DNA from: a virus
Lineage: Duplodnaviria > Caudoviricetes
Length of the DNA stretch: 61,374 nt
Virus record (IMG/VR): IMGVR_UViG_3300009790_000009
Coordinates: 1 to 61,374 of that record
Strand: one strand, 5' to 3'
Shown here: in pieces, positions 9,922 to 19,017 of the stretch
Numbering within the stretch: position 1 is the first letter of the stretch
Layout: each line of letters opens with the position of its first letter
The notes under the pieces: model-generated
The model's input: only the letters and a program-made list of their open reading frames with translations
What the model was told of the DNA's origin: nothing
Databases searched by the model: none
Made by a program: the position numbers and the translations under genes

Positions 9922-12658
9922 AAAATATATATCAGCAAATATAGCGTATCAAACTGATACATTTGGTGCTTGGGTTGAAAGAACCAACCAGATGGTATTT
10001 GATATGTCTGAAAGAGTAGTTACTGCACAAGTAAACTCCATAGGTGCTGCTACAACAGGTAATGTCGTAGTAACATCTAATGTATGGAATAGTGATACTA
10101 GCGCATATGTAAATTCAACAGGTGGTGTATTTCAAGCTAATACAATAGCAGCATATGATTATTTAAGAGGTGGTAGTGTAGCCACAGAAGGTATTTTATA
10201 TATTACTTCTAATACAAATATGTCTAATGGAAGTGTTAATGTAGCATCTAACTCAACAGTCAATTCAGTAACAATTAAAGGCACATGGGCAGATATAGAA
10301 TCAACAACAGCTTATGTAAATGGTACAACATTACAAGTTAGTTCTAATGTTCATATTAATAGTACATCAACTAACACATCAATTAATTCAACATCATTAC
10401 ATGTAACTGGTACAACATTAGATATTAATTCAACAACAGTTGATATGGATGGCACCGCATTAACATATGACGGTGATAATGTTACAGTAACTGCTAATGA
10501 TATAACATTAAAATCAAATTCAACTATATCAGTTGTAGACATTAATGGAGACGGAACTTCCTCTTCAGTAACACTTGCTGGTAATTTAGTTACAGTAGAT
10601 TCAGACGAATCAAACTTTAATGCTAATGTTACATTTGGATCCAATGATAGTGATACTGTCACAGTAACATCAGTAATAGATTCAGATGTTAAACCTTCTG
10701 CTAATTCAAAAGCATTAGGTAATACAACAGCCAGATGGGATATTAGTGCAGAAGATATAGATGCATCTAATACATTAAACGTATCTGGTAATGCAACTTT
10801 CTTAAGCGATGTTCAATTAGGTAATGCTAATACTGATACAATTGATTGGCAAGCCGAAGTAGAAGGCAATATAAATCCAATATCTAATTCATATGGATTA
10901 GGTTTAAATGATGCTAGATGGGATATTAAAGGTACAGCAGGTAACTTTAGCACAGACTTATCAGTAACAAAAACAATTACAGGATCCAATACATTAACTA
11001 TAGCAGGACAAGCTAATTTAAATAGCACAGTTAATATTACAGGAGCAGCAGCTTTATCAAATACACTAGGTGTTACTGGCGCTGCTACATTAAGTAATAC
11101 ACTAGGTGTTACTGGTGCTACTACTTTATCAAATACATTAGCGGTAACAAATACAGCTACATTTAGTAATACAGGATCCTTTGCAGGATTATTATCAACT
11201 GTAGATATTAATACTACTGGATCTGTTAATGCAACAGCTGGTATGAATGTAGGTGCTAATGTTAATGTTAATACTTCACAAATTTCAATTGGTAACTCAA
11301 CACAGAATACTTATTTTAATGCAACAGGAATCGAAACAGACGGAACATTAGGTGTTAATAAGACTATTACAGGAGCCAACACTCTAGTAATATCCGGAGC
11401 TGCAACTCTTCAAAACACCTTAGCGTTAACAGGTGCTGCTACATTAAGTAATACTTTAGGCGTTACCGGTGTAACAACATTTACTGCTAATGCCGTTAGT
11501 GGTAATGTAGAAATTTCACAAGCTAAAATCACAGTAGGTAATTCAACTGTTAATGCAGTAATAGCAGATAGCGGTAATATAACAACAGATGGTGCATTAG
11601 ATGTATTAGGTGGATCTACACTTAGAGGTGGATTAACATCTGTAGCTGGTGCTACTTTACAAGCAGGAGCTGATGTCACAGGTAATGTTGATGTTAATGC
11701 TGCTGTTAATATTGGTGCTAATGTTACTTTAGGAACTGAAACACTTAAAATAGGTAACTCAACAGTCAATGCAGTTGTTGGCGCAGCTGCTGGTATTCAT
11801 ACTAAAGGTGACATTACTGGTAATGGTGCTATCACTGTTGGTGGCGCAGGTGCTATAGGAACAACTTTATCAGCTGGTAATACAGATATAACAGGTTATA
11901 TAAATGTATCATCAACATCTAATGTTGGTGGTGTTGCATGGTTTAGAAATAATATAAATCAAGCTACAGGCAAGTATGCTAATTTATCTAATGTTAAAAT
12001 AACCGGTAATGTAACAACCAATGTAATACATACAGGTACAAGAGCAAGTTTAGTTTCAAATAATATAAACTTAACAGCTTCAGCATTAACTGTAACTCCA
12101 GATGCTACATTTAACGAAGATGTTACTGTATCTGGTAACTTAACAGTTCAAGGAACAACATCATTATCATCTAGTAGTGCATTATCATTAAACGTCGCTA
12201 CAATGACTTCTTTAACAGTATCGGGTTCTGCTAACCTAGCAGGTAACGTCCATATTGGTGAAACGTATGCTGACGATGTTATTAATTTTAATGGTAAACT
12301 TAATACAAACATCATGCCACTTGCTAATGGTAAGTCACTCGGTAATACAACAAAAACATTTAACGTCTATGCTGGAACAGTCGATGCGTCTGGAGCAGTA
12401 GGTGTTGCTGGTGCACTAACAATTAACACTTCATCACAAACAGGGTCCGCAGTACATTCTGGTGACGTTAGAATAGGTAATTCAACTTCTAATACTATTA
12501 TTTCCGGCTCAGGTGGTGCAATGACGGTAGATTCTACTTTAACAGTAGATGGCTCGTCAAATGTCGTAGGAGATTTTAGTATCCATTCAGATATAAAGAA
12601 TGAATCGGGAACACCGTTCAGAGTCTTATATGCGAATGGCGACGTAGCTTGGCCATAA
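9911..12658 (+). CDS. Tail fibre-like or baseplate-attached structural protein (915 aa)
   Basis: N-terminal DTFGAWVERTN attachment-type motif, S/T/N/G-rich beta repeats and 12-aa repeats GA(A/T)xLSNTLxVT. Confidence 0.65.
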   Translation: MADKKYISANIAYQTDTFGAWVERTNQMVFDMSERVVTAQVNSIGAATTGNVVVTSNVWNSDTSAYVNSTGGVFQANTIAAYDYLRGGSVATEGILYITSNTNMSNGSVNVASNSTVNSVTIKGTWADIESTTAYVNGTTLQVSSNVHINSTSTNTSINSTSLHVTGTTLDINSTTVDMDGTALTYDGDNVTVTANDITLKSNSTISVVDINGDGTSSSVTLAGNLVTVDSDESNFNANVTFGSNDSDTVTVTSVIDSDVKPSANSKALGNTTARWDISAEDIDASNTLNVSGNATFLSDVQLGNANTDTIDWQAEVEGNINPISNSYGLGLNDARWDIKGTAGNFSTDLSVTKTITGSNTLTIAGQANLNSTVNITGAAALSNTLGVTGAATLSNTLGVTGATTLSNTLAVTNTATFSNTGSFAGLLSTVDINTTGSVNATAGMNVGANVNVNTSQISIGNSTQNTYFNATGIETDGTLGVNKTITGANTLVISGAATLQNTLALTGAATLSNTLGVTGVTTFTANAVSGNVEISQAKITVGNSTVNAVIADSGNITTDGALDVLGGSTLRGGLTSVAGATLQAGADVTGNVDVNAAVNIGANVTLGTETLKIGNSTVNAVVGAAAGIHTKGDITGNGAITVGGAGAIGTTLSAGNTDITGYINVSSTSNVGGVAWFRNNINQATGKYANLSNVKITGNVTTNVIHTGTRASLVSNNINLTASALTVTPDATFNEDVTVSGNLTVQGTTSLSSSSALSLNVATMTSLTVSGSANLAGNVHIGETYADDVINFNGKLNTNIMPLANGKSLGNTTKTFNVYAGTVDASGAVGVAGALTINTSSQTGSAVHSGDVRIGNSTSNTIISGSGGAMTVDSTLTVDGSSNVVGDFSIHSDIKNESGTPFRVLYANGDVAWP

Positions 12659-12676
12659 AAGGGGGAATAAAAGATT

Positions 12677-15148
12677 ATGTCGAATCCCCTAAAAATGATC
12701 GCACACGCCAACGGGGTATATGCGAATGGCGTTCAAGAGACTTCTTCTGCAGAATTAGACTATCTGTCTAAGCTTCTCTTAATTAAAATGGGTACCGAAT
12801 CTGGTACTGGAGATAATACTGCCGATCTTAATATTGATTCAACAGGATCCTCTGTAGGTACTTTTGTTGATGAATATGCCAATGCAGAAATACTTTCTCA
12901 TGATAGCCCAGCTATTACAAGCACGACTTATACTTTTAAACAAAATACAGCTACAGCATCTGAATCTGGTATTCATCATTTAGTCACACATGATGGTGAT
13001 AATAGTAATCCAGGAACAATTAGAATATTAACAGATGCAGAATTAAATGTAGTAATAGATTTAGCAATATCAGAAATATCAAAAGCTAATTCAACTTATG
13101 CTGCACCAGGAACATATTACGTAAGTTCTTCTTCTCCAAGTATTGGTGGTACGTGGGTAGCACAAGATACTTTCTATGATGAATTAACCAATCATGCAAA
13201 TGATGATGATGAAAAAGTTACTTATAAACTTTGGCGTAAAACATCATATGATAATTCTCCATCTACTATTCCATTATTAAAACAAATTAATGGTGCTCTT
13301 AAAGTTCAAACAGAAGATGAATTAGAAAATTTAACATCTAGATTAAGAAATAGAATTATAGGGACTAGTAAAGGAAAATATGTTTTCCAAGCCTCTGCAC
13401 CAGGAGCAGGAACATGGGTAGCTAGAGGAACAGCAACAAATAGAAAACCACAAATTAGTGGTGTTCAATATACTGGAACTTATTCAGATCAATATGCTGG
13501 CCAGTATGGTAGAGCTTTCGCTAGACAGTTTGCTCGCCAATTTACCAGACAATATTCTGCACAATATACAGTTCAGTTTTTAAGACAGTTTCAAAGAGTT
13601 TATACTGGTCAATATGAAAGACAATACTCTAGACAATTTGCTAGAGGAACAGCTGGAGCTCAGTTTGCAGCTACTCAATATGCTAGAGTTTATTCAGCGC
13701 AATATACAAGAGAAACACCAAGCACAACATATTCAGATGGTCAATATGATAGAGTAACACCAGGACCACAGTATGGAGTTCAATATACTAGAATATATTC
13801 TGCCAACTATTCAGATGGTCAGTACGATAGAGAAAGACCGGGACCACAATACGCATCACAGTTCTTAAGAGAATATGCTGGTGGCACTTATGCCGTTTCG
13901 TATGTTCGTCAAACTCCTAGTACACAATATAATGCTCAATATCAAAGAATATATTCTGTTAACTATTCAGTTGCTTATACAAGATCAAATTATACTAGAA
14001 TATATGGTGGTTACGGTTATGCAATAGGTTATGCTGTTACTTATGGAGTATTATACGCTAGAACTAGACCAGGACCTAATTATAATAGATCAACACCAGG
14101 ACCACAATATTCTGGTACATCATATCAGAGATGGTTTGCATCAGGCCCATATCCAGAAAACTATTATCTAGGACCATATTATCCGTTTGGACCTATTCCT
14201 TATGCAAGACATGCATTTACTGGTATGTTCTATAGAGGACCTGCTTATGCAAGAGCAACTTACCATGCTCCAGGTACTGGTTATACGAGTTTCCATGCTA
14301 CCCCTATAGGGGAACCTGTCATTCTAACTTTCTATAGAACGGCTGGTTTTGGTAGAGTTAGCTATTCCGGGCCTGGTTCTGGTTATGCTAATATTTTCTA
14401 TAGAGAATTTGCTGGTCCACAATATGCTCCACAGTATAGTAGAACTTATTCAGCCCAATATGGTAGAACTTATACAGCTCAATATTCAGTTTACTATACT
14501 AGAACATATTATTTTAGAAACTATTATTATAGAGCAAGACCTGGACCAAATTATGCACAAACGTATTCCAGATCATTTGCTAGAAATAATCCTGGTCCTC
14601 TATATGCTGGTACACAATATACTAGAATGGTCTATGCACTATATACTGCAACAGCATATTCAAGATATAGACCAGGTCCACAATATACAGGTCAGTTTGC
14701 TAGAGCATATGATGGTCAATATGCAAGACAATTTACTAGATCAACTCCTAGCACACAATATACAGTTCAATATGCTAGAGAATATGCTGGCCAATATGCA
14801 AGACAATTTACTAGAGTAGTTACAGCTCAGTATACTAGAATTACTCCTGGTCCACAATATAACCTTACATATGAGAGACAATATGTTGGTCAATATACAG
14901 GTTATTATGCTAGGGGTGATCAATATACTAGAGCAACTCCAGGACCTATATATGCAGGAGCACAATATACTGTGCAATATGCCAGAACTACGGGTGGCCC
15001 ACAATATGAATCGCAATATGCAGGGGCACAATATACTATACAATATACAGGACAATATGCAGGATCAAGGTTACATCAATATACCGGAGACACAGTTACA
15101 GCAACTAATGATTCCGATACAAAGACCTTGTGGTTAAGGGTAGCATAA
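12677..15148 (+). CDS. Tyr/Arg/Gln-rich repeat protein 1, putative long beta-hairpin virion fibre
   Basis: About 260-aa N-terminal domain paralogous to the next ORF (KLWRKTS, LRNRII, FQASAPG.GTW), then QY/RxY/PGP repeats around a unique centre; ends LWLRVA. Confidence 0.7.
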   Translation: MSNPLKMIAHANGVYANGVQETSSAELDYLSKLLLIKMGTESGTGDNTADLNIDSTGSSVGTFVDEYANAEILSHDSPAITSTTYTFKQNTATASESGIHHLVTHDGDNSNPGTIRILTDAELNVVIDLAISEISKANSTYAAPGTYYVSSSSPSIGGTWVAQDTFYDELTNHANDDDEKVTYKLWRKTSYDNSPSTIPLLKQINGALKVQTEDELENLTSRLRNRIIGTSKGKYVFQASAPGAGTWVARGTATNRKPQISGVQYTGTYSDQYAGQYGRAFARQFARQFTRQYSAQYTVQFLRQFQRVYTGQYERQYSRQFARGTAGAQFAATQYARVYSAQYTRETPSTTYSDGQYDRVTPGPQYGVQYTRIYSANYSDGQYDRERPGPQYASQFLREYAGGTYAVSYVRQTPSTQYNAQYQRIYSVNYSVAYTRSNYTRIYGGYGYAIGYAVTYGVLYARTRPGPNYNRSTPGPQYSGTSYQRWFASGPYPENYYLGPYYPFGPIPYARHAFTGMFYRGPAYARATYHAPGTGYTSFHATPIGEPVILTFYRTAGFGRVSYSGPGSGYANIFYREFAGPQYAPQYSRTYSAQYGRTYTAQYSVYYTRTYYFRNYYYRARPGPNYAQTYSRSFARNNPGPLYAGTQYTRMVYALYTATAYSRYRPGPQYTGQFARAYDGQYARQFTRSTPSTQYTVQYAREYAGQYARQFTRVVTAQYTRITPGPQYNLTYERQYVGQYTGYYARGDQYTRATPGPIYAGAQYTVQYARTTGGPQYESQYAGAQYTIQYTGQYAGSRLHQYTGDTVTATNDSDTKTLWLRVA

Positions 15149-15184
15149 ATAAAAATACAAAACTAAACACGGGGAAAGTGAAGC

Positions 15185-18043
15185 GTGGCGAATCCTTTAA
15201 AAATTAATACAAGTTCAGGTCAACCAAATACCACAAACTGGTCTGGCCTAAAAACAATGTCTGCAGCAGAGATGGACTATGCTTGTTATAAAATCCTTAC
15301 AAATTTCGCTACCGAAGCTAACTCAACTACATCTTATGTTGGTGATTTAAATACAATAGGCCTTGGTACTTCAAGAGGTGCTTACACAGATCAACGTTTT
15401 CAAGATGCAGTTGGCACTCACCCCTCAGCCGCATCCACTAATACTGTAGTAACAACTTTTTATCAAAATACTGATAGTGCATCAGAAACTAGTTTGATTA
15501 GACCATTAGAATGGCAAACCGGTGGACCTAAAGAACAAACAGACACTACTTTAAATAATTCTATTATAGATAGATGTTTAACTAAAATTGCAAATACATC
15601 TTCAGCTGCAATTGGTGAATATTATATTGATTCAACTGCTCCAGCAGGTGGAACATGGACAGAAGAAAAATCATTTACTGATACCTTAACTGCATCTGAT
15701 GGTACACATGCTACTTGGAAGCTTTGGAGAAAAACTTCTGATACCGCCCCTACAACAGTAAGACCTATTAAATGGTCTAATGGTGAAGGTCAGGATGGTA
15801 TTAATGAAATGACTGATACTGAGATTAATCATCTCACAGCTAGATTAAGAAATAGAATTATAGCTACTGGTGTTGGTACTTATGCATTTCAAGCTTCAGC
15901 ACCGGGAACAGGAACATGGACTCAAGTATCTGGTAATATAACAGATAATCAAGCTTCAATTGTAGCTACACAATATTCAGGACAATATACTGGAACATTC
16001 GGTAGACAGTTTGCCAGAACTTATTCAGCTCAATACGCTAGACAATTTACTAGAATATATTCAGCACAATATGGTAGACAGTTTGCCAGAACTTATTCAG
16101 CTCAATACGCTAGACAATTTGCTAGAACTTATTCTGCAGGCTATGGTCGACAATTTGCTAGAACATATGCAGGACAGTATGCAAGACAATTTACTAGAGT
16201 ATATCTAGGTCAATATCTTAGAGCTACAGATGGTCCTCAATACACAGTTCAATATACAAGAAATACTCCTGGACCACAATATACAGTTCAATATACAAGA
16301 ATAAATCCTGGACCTAATTACACTGATGGCCAATATACTAGAGCTACGCCAGGTCCTCAATATACTTCACAGTATGATAGAGCTACACCTGGACCTAATT
16401 ACACTGATGGTCAATATGCTAGAGCTACTGGTGGACCTCAATATACAGTTCAATACGCTAGAACTTATGCAGATCAATATACTGTTCAATATGCCAGAAC
16501 TTATTCTGCACAATATTCTAGACAGTTTGGTAGAGTATATTCAGTTACTTATGCAGTTCAATATGCAAGGGTATATTCAGTTAACTATGCTGTAAACTAT
16601 ACAAGACAATTTACAAGAGTAAGACCAGGACCTAATTATGCAGTTAACTATGGTAGATCAAGACCAGGACCAGCATACGGTGTTGCATATGGTAGATCAA
16701 GACCAGGACCAGCATACGGTGTTGCATATGGTAGATCAAGACCTGGACCTAGTTATTCTGTAGGATATACTGTTAACTATGGTAGAGTCTATTACGGATC
16801 TTATACAGTAAACTATGGTAGAGTATATTATGGATCCTATACAGTAAACTATGGTAGAACTTATTCTGGATCCTATACCAGTAACTATGGTAGAGTATAT
16901 TCTGGTAACTATGCTGGACCTGCTTATCAAAGACAAACTCTACATGAATTTTTTAATCCATGGAGTTATGAACCATATTTTAGATGGATAAATGGACCAA
17001 CTTATGGTGGTGGTAACTTTGCTAGGTCTAGACCAGGACCTGCTTATGGAGTATCATATGGTAGATCTAGACCAGGACCTGCTTATGGAGTATCATATGG
17101 TAGATCTAGACCTGGACCTGCTTATGGAGTATCATACGGTAGATCAAGGCCAGGACCAGCTTATGGAGTGCAATATTCTAGAAGCTTTGGTAGAGTCTAT
17201 TATGGATCCTATACTGTAAACTATGGTAGAGTCTATTATGGACAATATACTGTAAACTATGGTAGAGTCTATTCTGGGTCTTATGCTGTTAACTATGGTA
17301 GAACTTATTCTGGTCAATATAGTGGATCGGCATATGCTGTAAACTATACTAGACAAACTGGTGGACCACAATATACAGTAAACTATACTAGAATAAATCC
17401 TGGACCACAATATACAGTAAACTATGATAGAGCTACACCTGGTCCTCAATATACTGTTCAATATACTAGAGCTACTGGTGGACCTCAATATACTGTTCAA
17501 TACGCTAGAACTTATTCTGCACAATATGCTAGGCAGTTTGGTAGAATATATTCAGCACAATATGGTCGACAATTTGCTAGAACATATGCAGGACAGTATT
17601 CAAGACAATTCGGAAGAGTTTATTCCGTTCAATATACAATACAATATACTAGAGTATACGCTGGACAATATACAATACAATATACTAGAGTATATGGTGC
17701 TCAATATGATAGAGCAAGACCTGGACCTGGTTATTCCGACGGTCAATATACCAGAGCCACACCAGGACCTCAGTATAATATAGATTATGCTAGAGCGACT
17801 CCTGGTCCTCAATATACGGGAGATCAATATGCTAGAGCTACTGGTGGACCACAATATACTTCACAGTATGATAGAGCGACTCCCGGACCTAATTATACTG
17901 ATGGCCAGTATACTAGAGCTACTGGTGGACCACAATATACAGTGAATTACACTCAACAGTTTACAGGACAATATACTGGAGATACAGTGACATCAACTCC
18001 TGCGCTTAATAGTACATTAAAACTATGGCTTAGGGTTGCATAA
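15185..18043 (+). CDS. Tyr/Arg/Gln-rich repeat protein 2, putative long beta-hairpin virion fibre (GTG start)
   Basis: Paralogue of 12677-15148 with 48 repeat units of 12-13 aa around a 31-aa unique centre; ends LWLRVA. Confidence 0.7.
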   Translation: MANPLKINTSSGQPNTTNWSGLKTMSAAEMDYACYKILTNFATEANSTTSYVGDLNTIGLGTSRGAYTDQRFQDAVGTHPSAASTNTVVTTFYQNTDSASETSLIRPLEWQTGGPKEQTDTTLNNSIIDRCLTKIANTSSAAIGEYYIDSTAPAGGTWTEEKSFTDTLTASDGTHATWKLWRKTSDTAPTTVRPIKWSNGEGQDGINEMTDTEINHLTARLRNRIIATGVGTYAFQASAPGTGTWTQVSGNITDNQASIVATQYSGQYTGTFGRQFARTYSAQYARQFTRIYSAQYGRQFARTYSAQYARQFARTYSAGYGRQFARTYAGQYARQFTRVYLGQYLRATDGPQYTVQYTRNTPGPQYTVQYTRINPGPNYTDGQYTRATPGPQYTSQYDRATPGPNYTDGQYARATGGPQYTVQYARTYADQYTVQYARTYSAQYSRQFGRVYSVTYAVQYARVYSVNYAVNYTRQFTRVRPGPNYAVNYGRSRPGPAYGVAYGRSRPGPAYGVAYGRSRPGPSYSVGYTVNYGRVYYGSYTVNYGRVYYGSYTVNYGRTYSGSYTSNYGRVYSGNYAGPAYQRQTLHEFFNPWSYEPYFRWINGPTYGGGNFARSRPGPAYGVSYGRSRPGPAYGVSYGRSRPGPAYGVSYGRSRPGPAYGVQYSRSFGRVYYGSYTVNYGRVYYGQYTVNYGRVYSGSYAVNYGRTYSGQYSGSAYAVNYTRQTGGPQYTVNYTRINPGPQYTVNYDRATPGPQYTVQYTRATGGPQYTVQYARTYSAQYARQFGRIYSAQYGRQFARTYAGQYSRQFGRVYSVQYTIQYTRVYAGQYTIQYTRVYGAQYDRARPGPGYSDGQYTRATPGPQYNIDYARATPGPQYTGDQYARATGGPQYTSQYDRATPGPNYTDGQYTRATGGPQYTVNYTQQFTGQYTGDTVTSTPALNSTLKLWLRVA
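16651..17168 (+). repeat. Coding tandem repeats: 39-nt units (GRSRPGPAYGVxY) and 36-nt units (GRVYYGSYTVNY) flanking a unique centre
   Basis: Near-identical 39-nt units occur at about 16651-16750 and 17024-17168, for example agatctagaccaggacctgcttatggagtatcatatggt. Confidence 0.9.
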
Positions 18044-18088
18044 TAAATAACAATATAGTATAATATAATACATTATGGAGAAATTGAC

Positions 18089-18514
18089 ATGGCCCGATTT
18101 AAGTCTGTCTTATGGGAAGACCCCAATACAAAATTAAGAGTTAGAGCGCGAGAAATCACCGATGGTGGTAGTCGTGATGTCATTATTGACAAAAATGATA
18201 AAGAGAACTGGGATGCAGTAATTGCAGAATTTCCTTTAGAAGAAATAGATAAAGCATCTCAAGAAGATGTAGAACAACATCGTGTAAGAAAGGCAAAGCA
18301 AGAAGCTGAAGAACGCGATAGTATGGAACGAAGATTCCAAGAAGAACTATTCAACGTTAAAGTTGAAGTATTTGAAATACCTGAAATAAAAGAATGCACC
18401 GACAAATTAATGAAGAGGCGTATTAGAAAGTCTAAATCATTTGCAGAGCTATATGTTTATGCAGCTGCAATAGTAGTAGCAGACGATCTTGCGAAAGCTG
18501 ATGTTTCAGGGTGA
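18089..18514 (+). CDS. Hypothetical charged helical protein (possible fibre assembly factor)
   Basis: GGAG RBS; immediately follows the two repeat genes. Function inferred from position only. Confidence 0.55.
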   Translation: MARFKSVLWEDPNTKLRVRAREITDGGSRDVIIDKNDKENWDAVIAEFPLEEIDKASQEDVEQHRVRKAKQEAEERDSMERRFQEELFNVKVEVFEIPEIKECTDKLMKRRIRKSKSFAELYVYAAAIVVADDLAKADVSG

Positions 18515-18893
18515 TCTATTAAATGGATGGCCAGAAGATGGCGAACCAGATAAGTCTACTTTATATAAAGTAAATATAAATGATATTGGTGGCGAGTTAT
18601 TAAAAGACACTGCACAATATACATTAAAAGATAATAAGCGTCTTAATAATTTAGTTCTTAGTAGCACATTCCTTAGAGCAAACCAAAAAACAAATGGCCA
18701 TACTCATAATGGTCAAGAAGAAGTATACTTCTTTATTAAAGGTAAAGGAAAGATGACTATTGATGATATTACTTTTGAAGTTAAAGAAGGTGATGTTATA
18801 TTAATTCCAGACGGCGCTTATCATAGAGTAATTAATGATAGTCATGTAGGACTATATTTTGTATGCGTGTTTGATGGAAAAAGAAACCACTAG
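18501..18893 (+). CDS. Cupin-domain protein
   Basis: HTHNGQEEVYFFIKGKG and GDVILIPDGAYHRVIN are the two cupin motifs; ATG at 18501 preferred as start. Confidence 0.85.
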   Translation: MFQGDLLNGWPEDGEPDKSTLYKVNINDIGGELLKDTAQYTLKDNKRLNNLVLSSTFLRANQKTNGHTHNGQEEVYFFIKGKGKMTIDDITFEVKEGDVILIPDGAYHRVINDSHVGLYFVCVFDGKRNH

Positions 18894-19017
18894 TATACTA
18901 GATAAAATAGAAAAAGTCCACCCAATGAGACAAGTATTTTGGGCTTCGATAGTACAAATTTGTGTGTTGGGTTTTATGGCTTTATGTATGTTTATAATAG
19001 GAGCAACAATTGGATAA
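18874..19017 (+). CDS. Small single-TM protein (47 aa, not in the ORF track)
   Basis: Translates as MEKETTSILDKIEKVHPMRQVFWASIVQICVLGFMALCMFIIGATIG* and fills the gap between its neighbours with short overlaps. Confidence 0.55.
   Translation: MEKETTSILDKIEKVHPMRQVFWASIVQICVLGFMALCMFIIGATIG

Noticed and set aside
16651-17168. Regular 36-39 nt repeats resembling a CRISPR array
   Set aside because: The units are contiguous with no unique spacers, are multiples of 3 and vary mainly at synonymous positions. No cas genes are present, so these are coding repeats.
14349-17854. Alternative-frame and antisense ORFs within the Tyr-rich genes (e.g. 14349-14819, 17144-17524, 17424-17783)
   Set aside because: These are shadows of the repetitive codon pattern, with low-complexity L/I/N or S/I/L translations and no evident RBS.
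15968-17980. Alternative model of five local hairpins (B6A6, B4A4 and so on) instead of one long hairpin
   Set aside because: Local pairing leaves four RQF/Asp linker mismatches in the outer blocks, pairs the wrong subtypes in the inner blocks and has no turn segments. It also cannot explain the aperiodic paralogue, whereas the global register fits all of these.
12677-18043. DNA-level inverted repeat or diversity-generating retroelement behind the symmetry
   Set aside because: Similar blocks in the two arms are direct repeats, not reverse complements. No reverse transcriptase or adenine-specific TR/VR pair is visible in the window.
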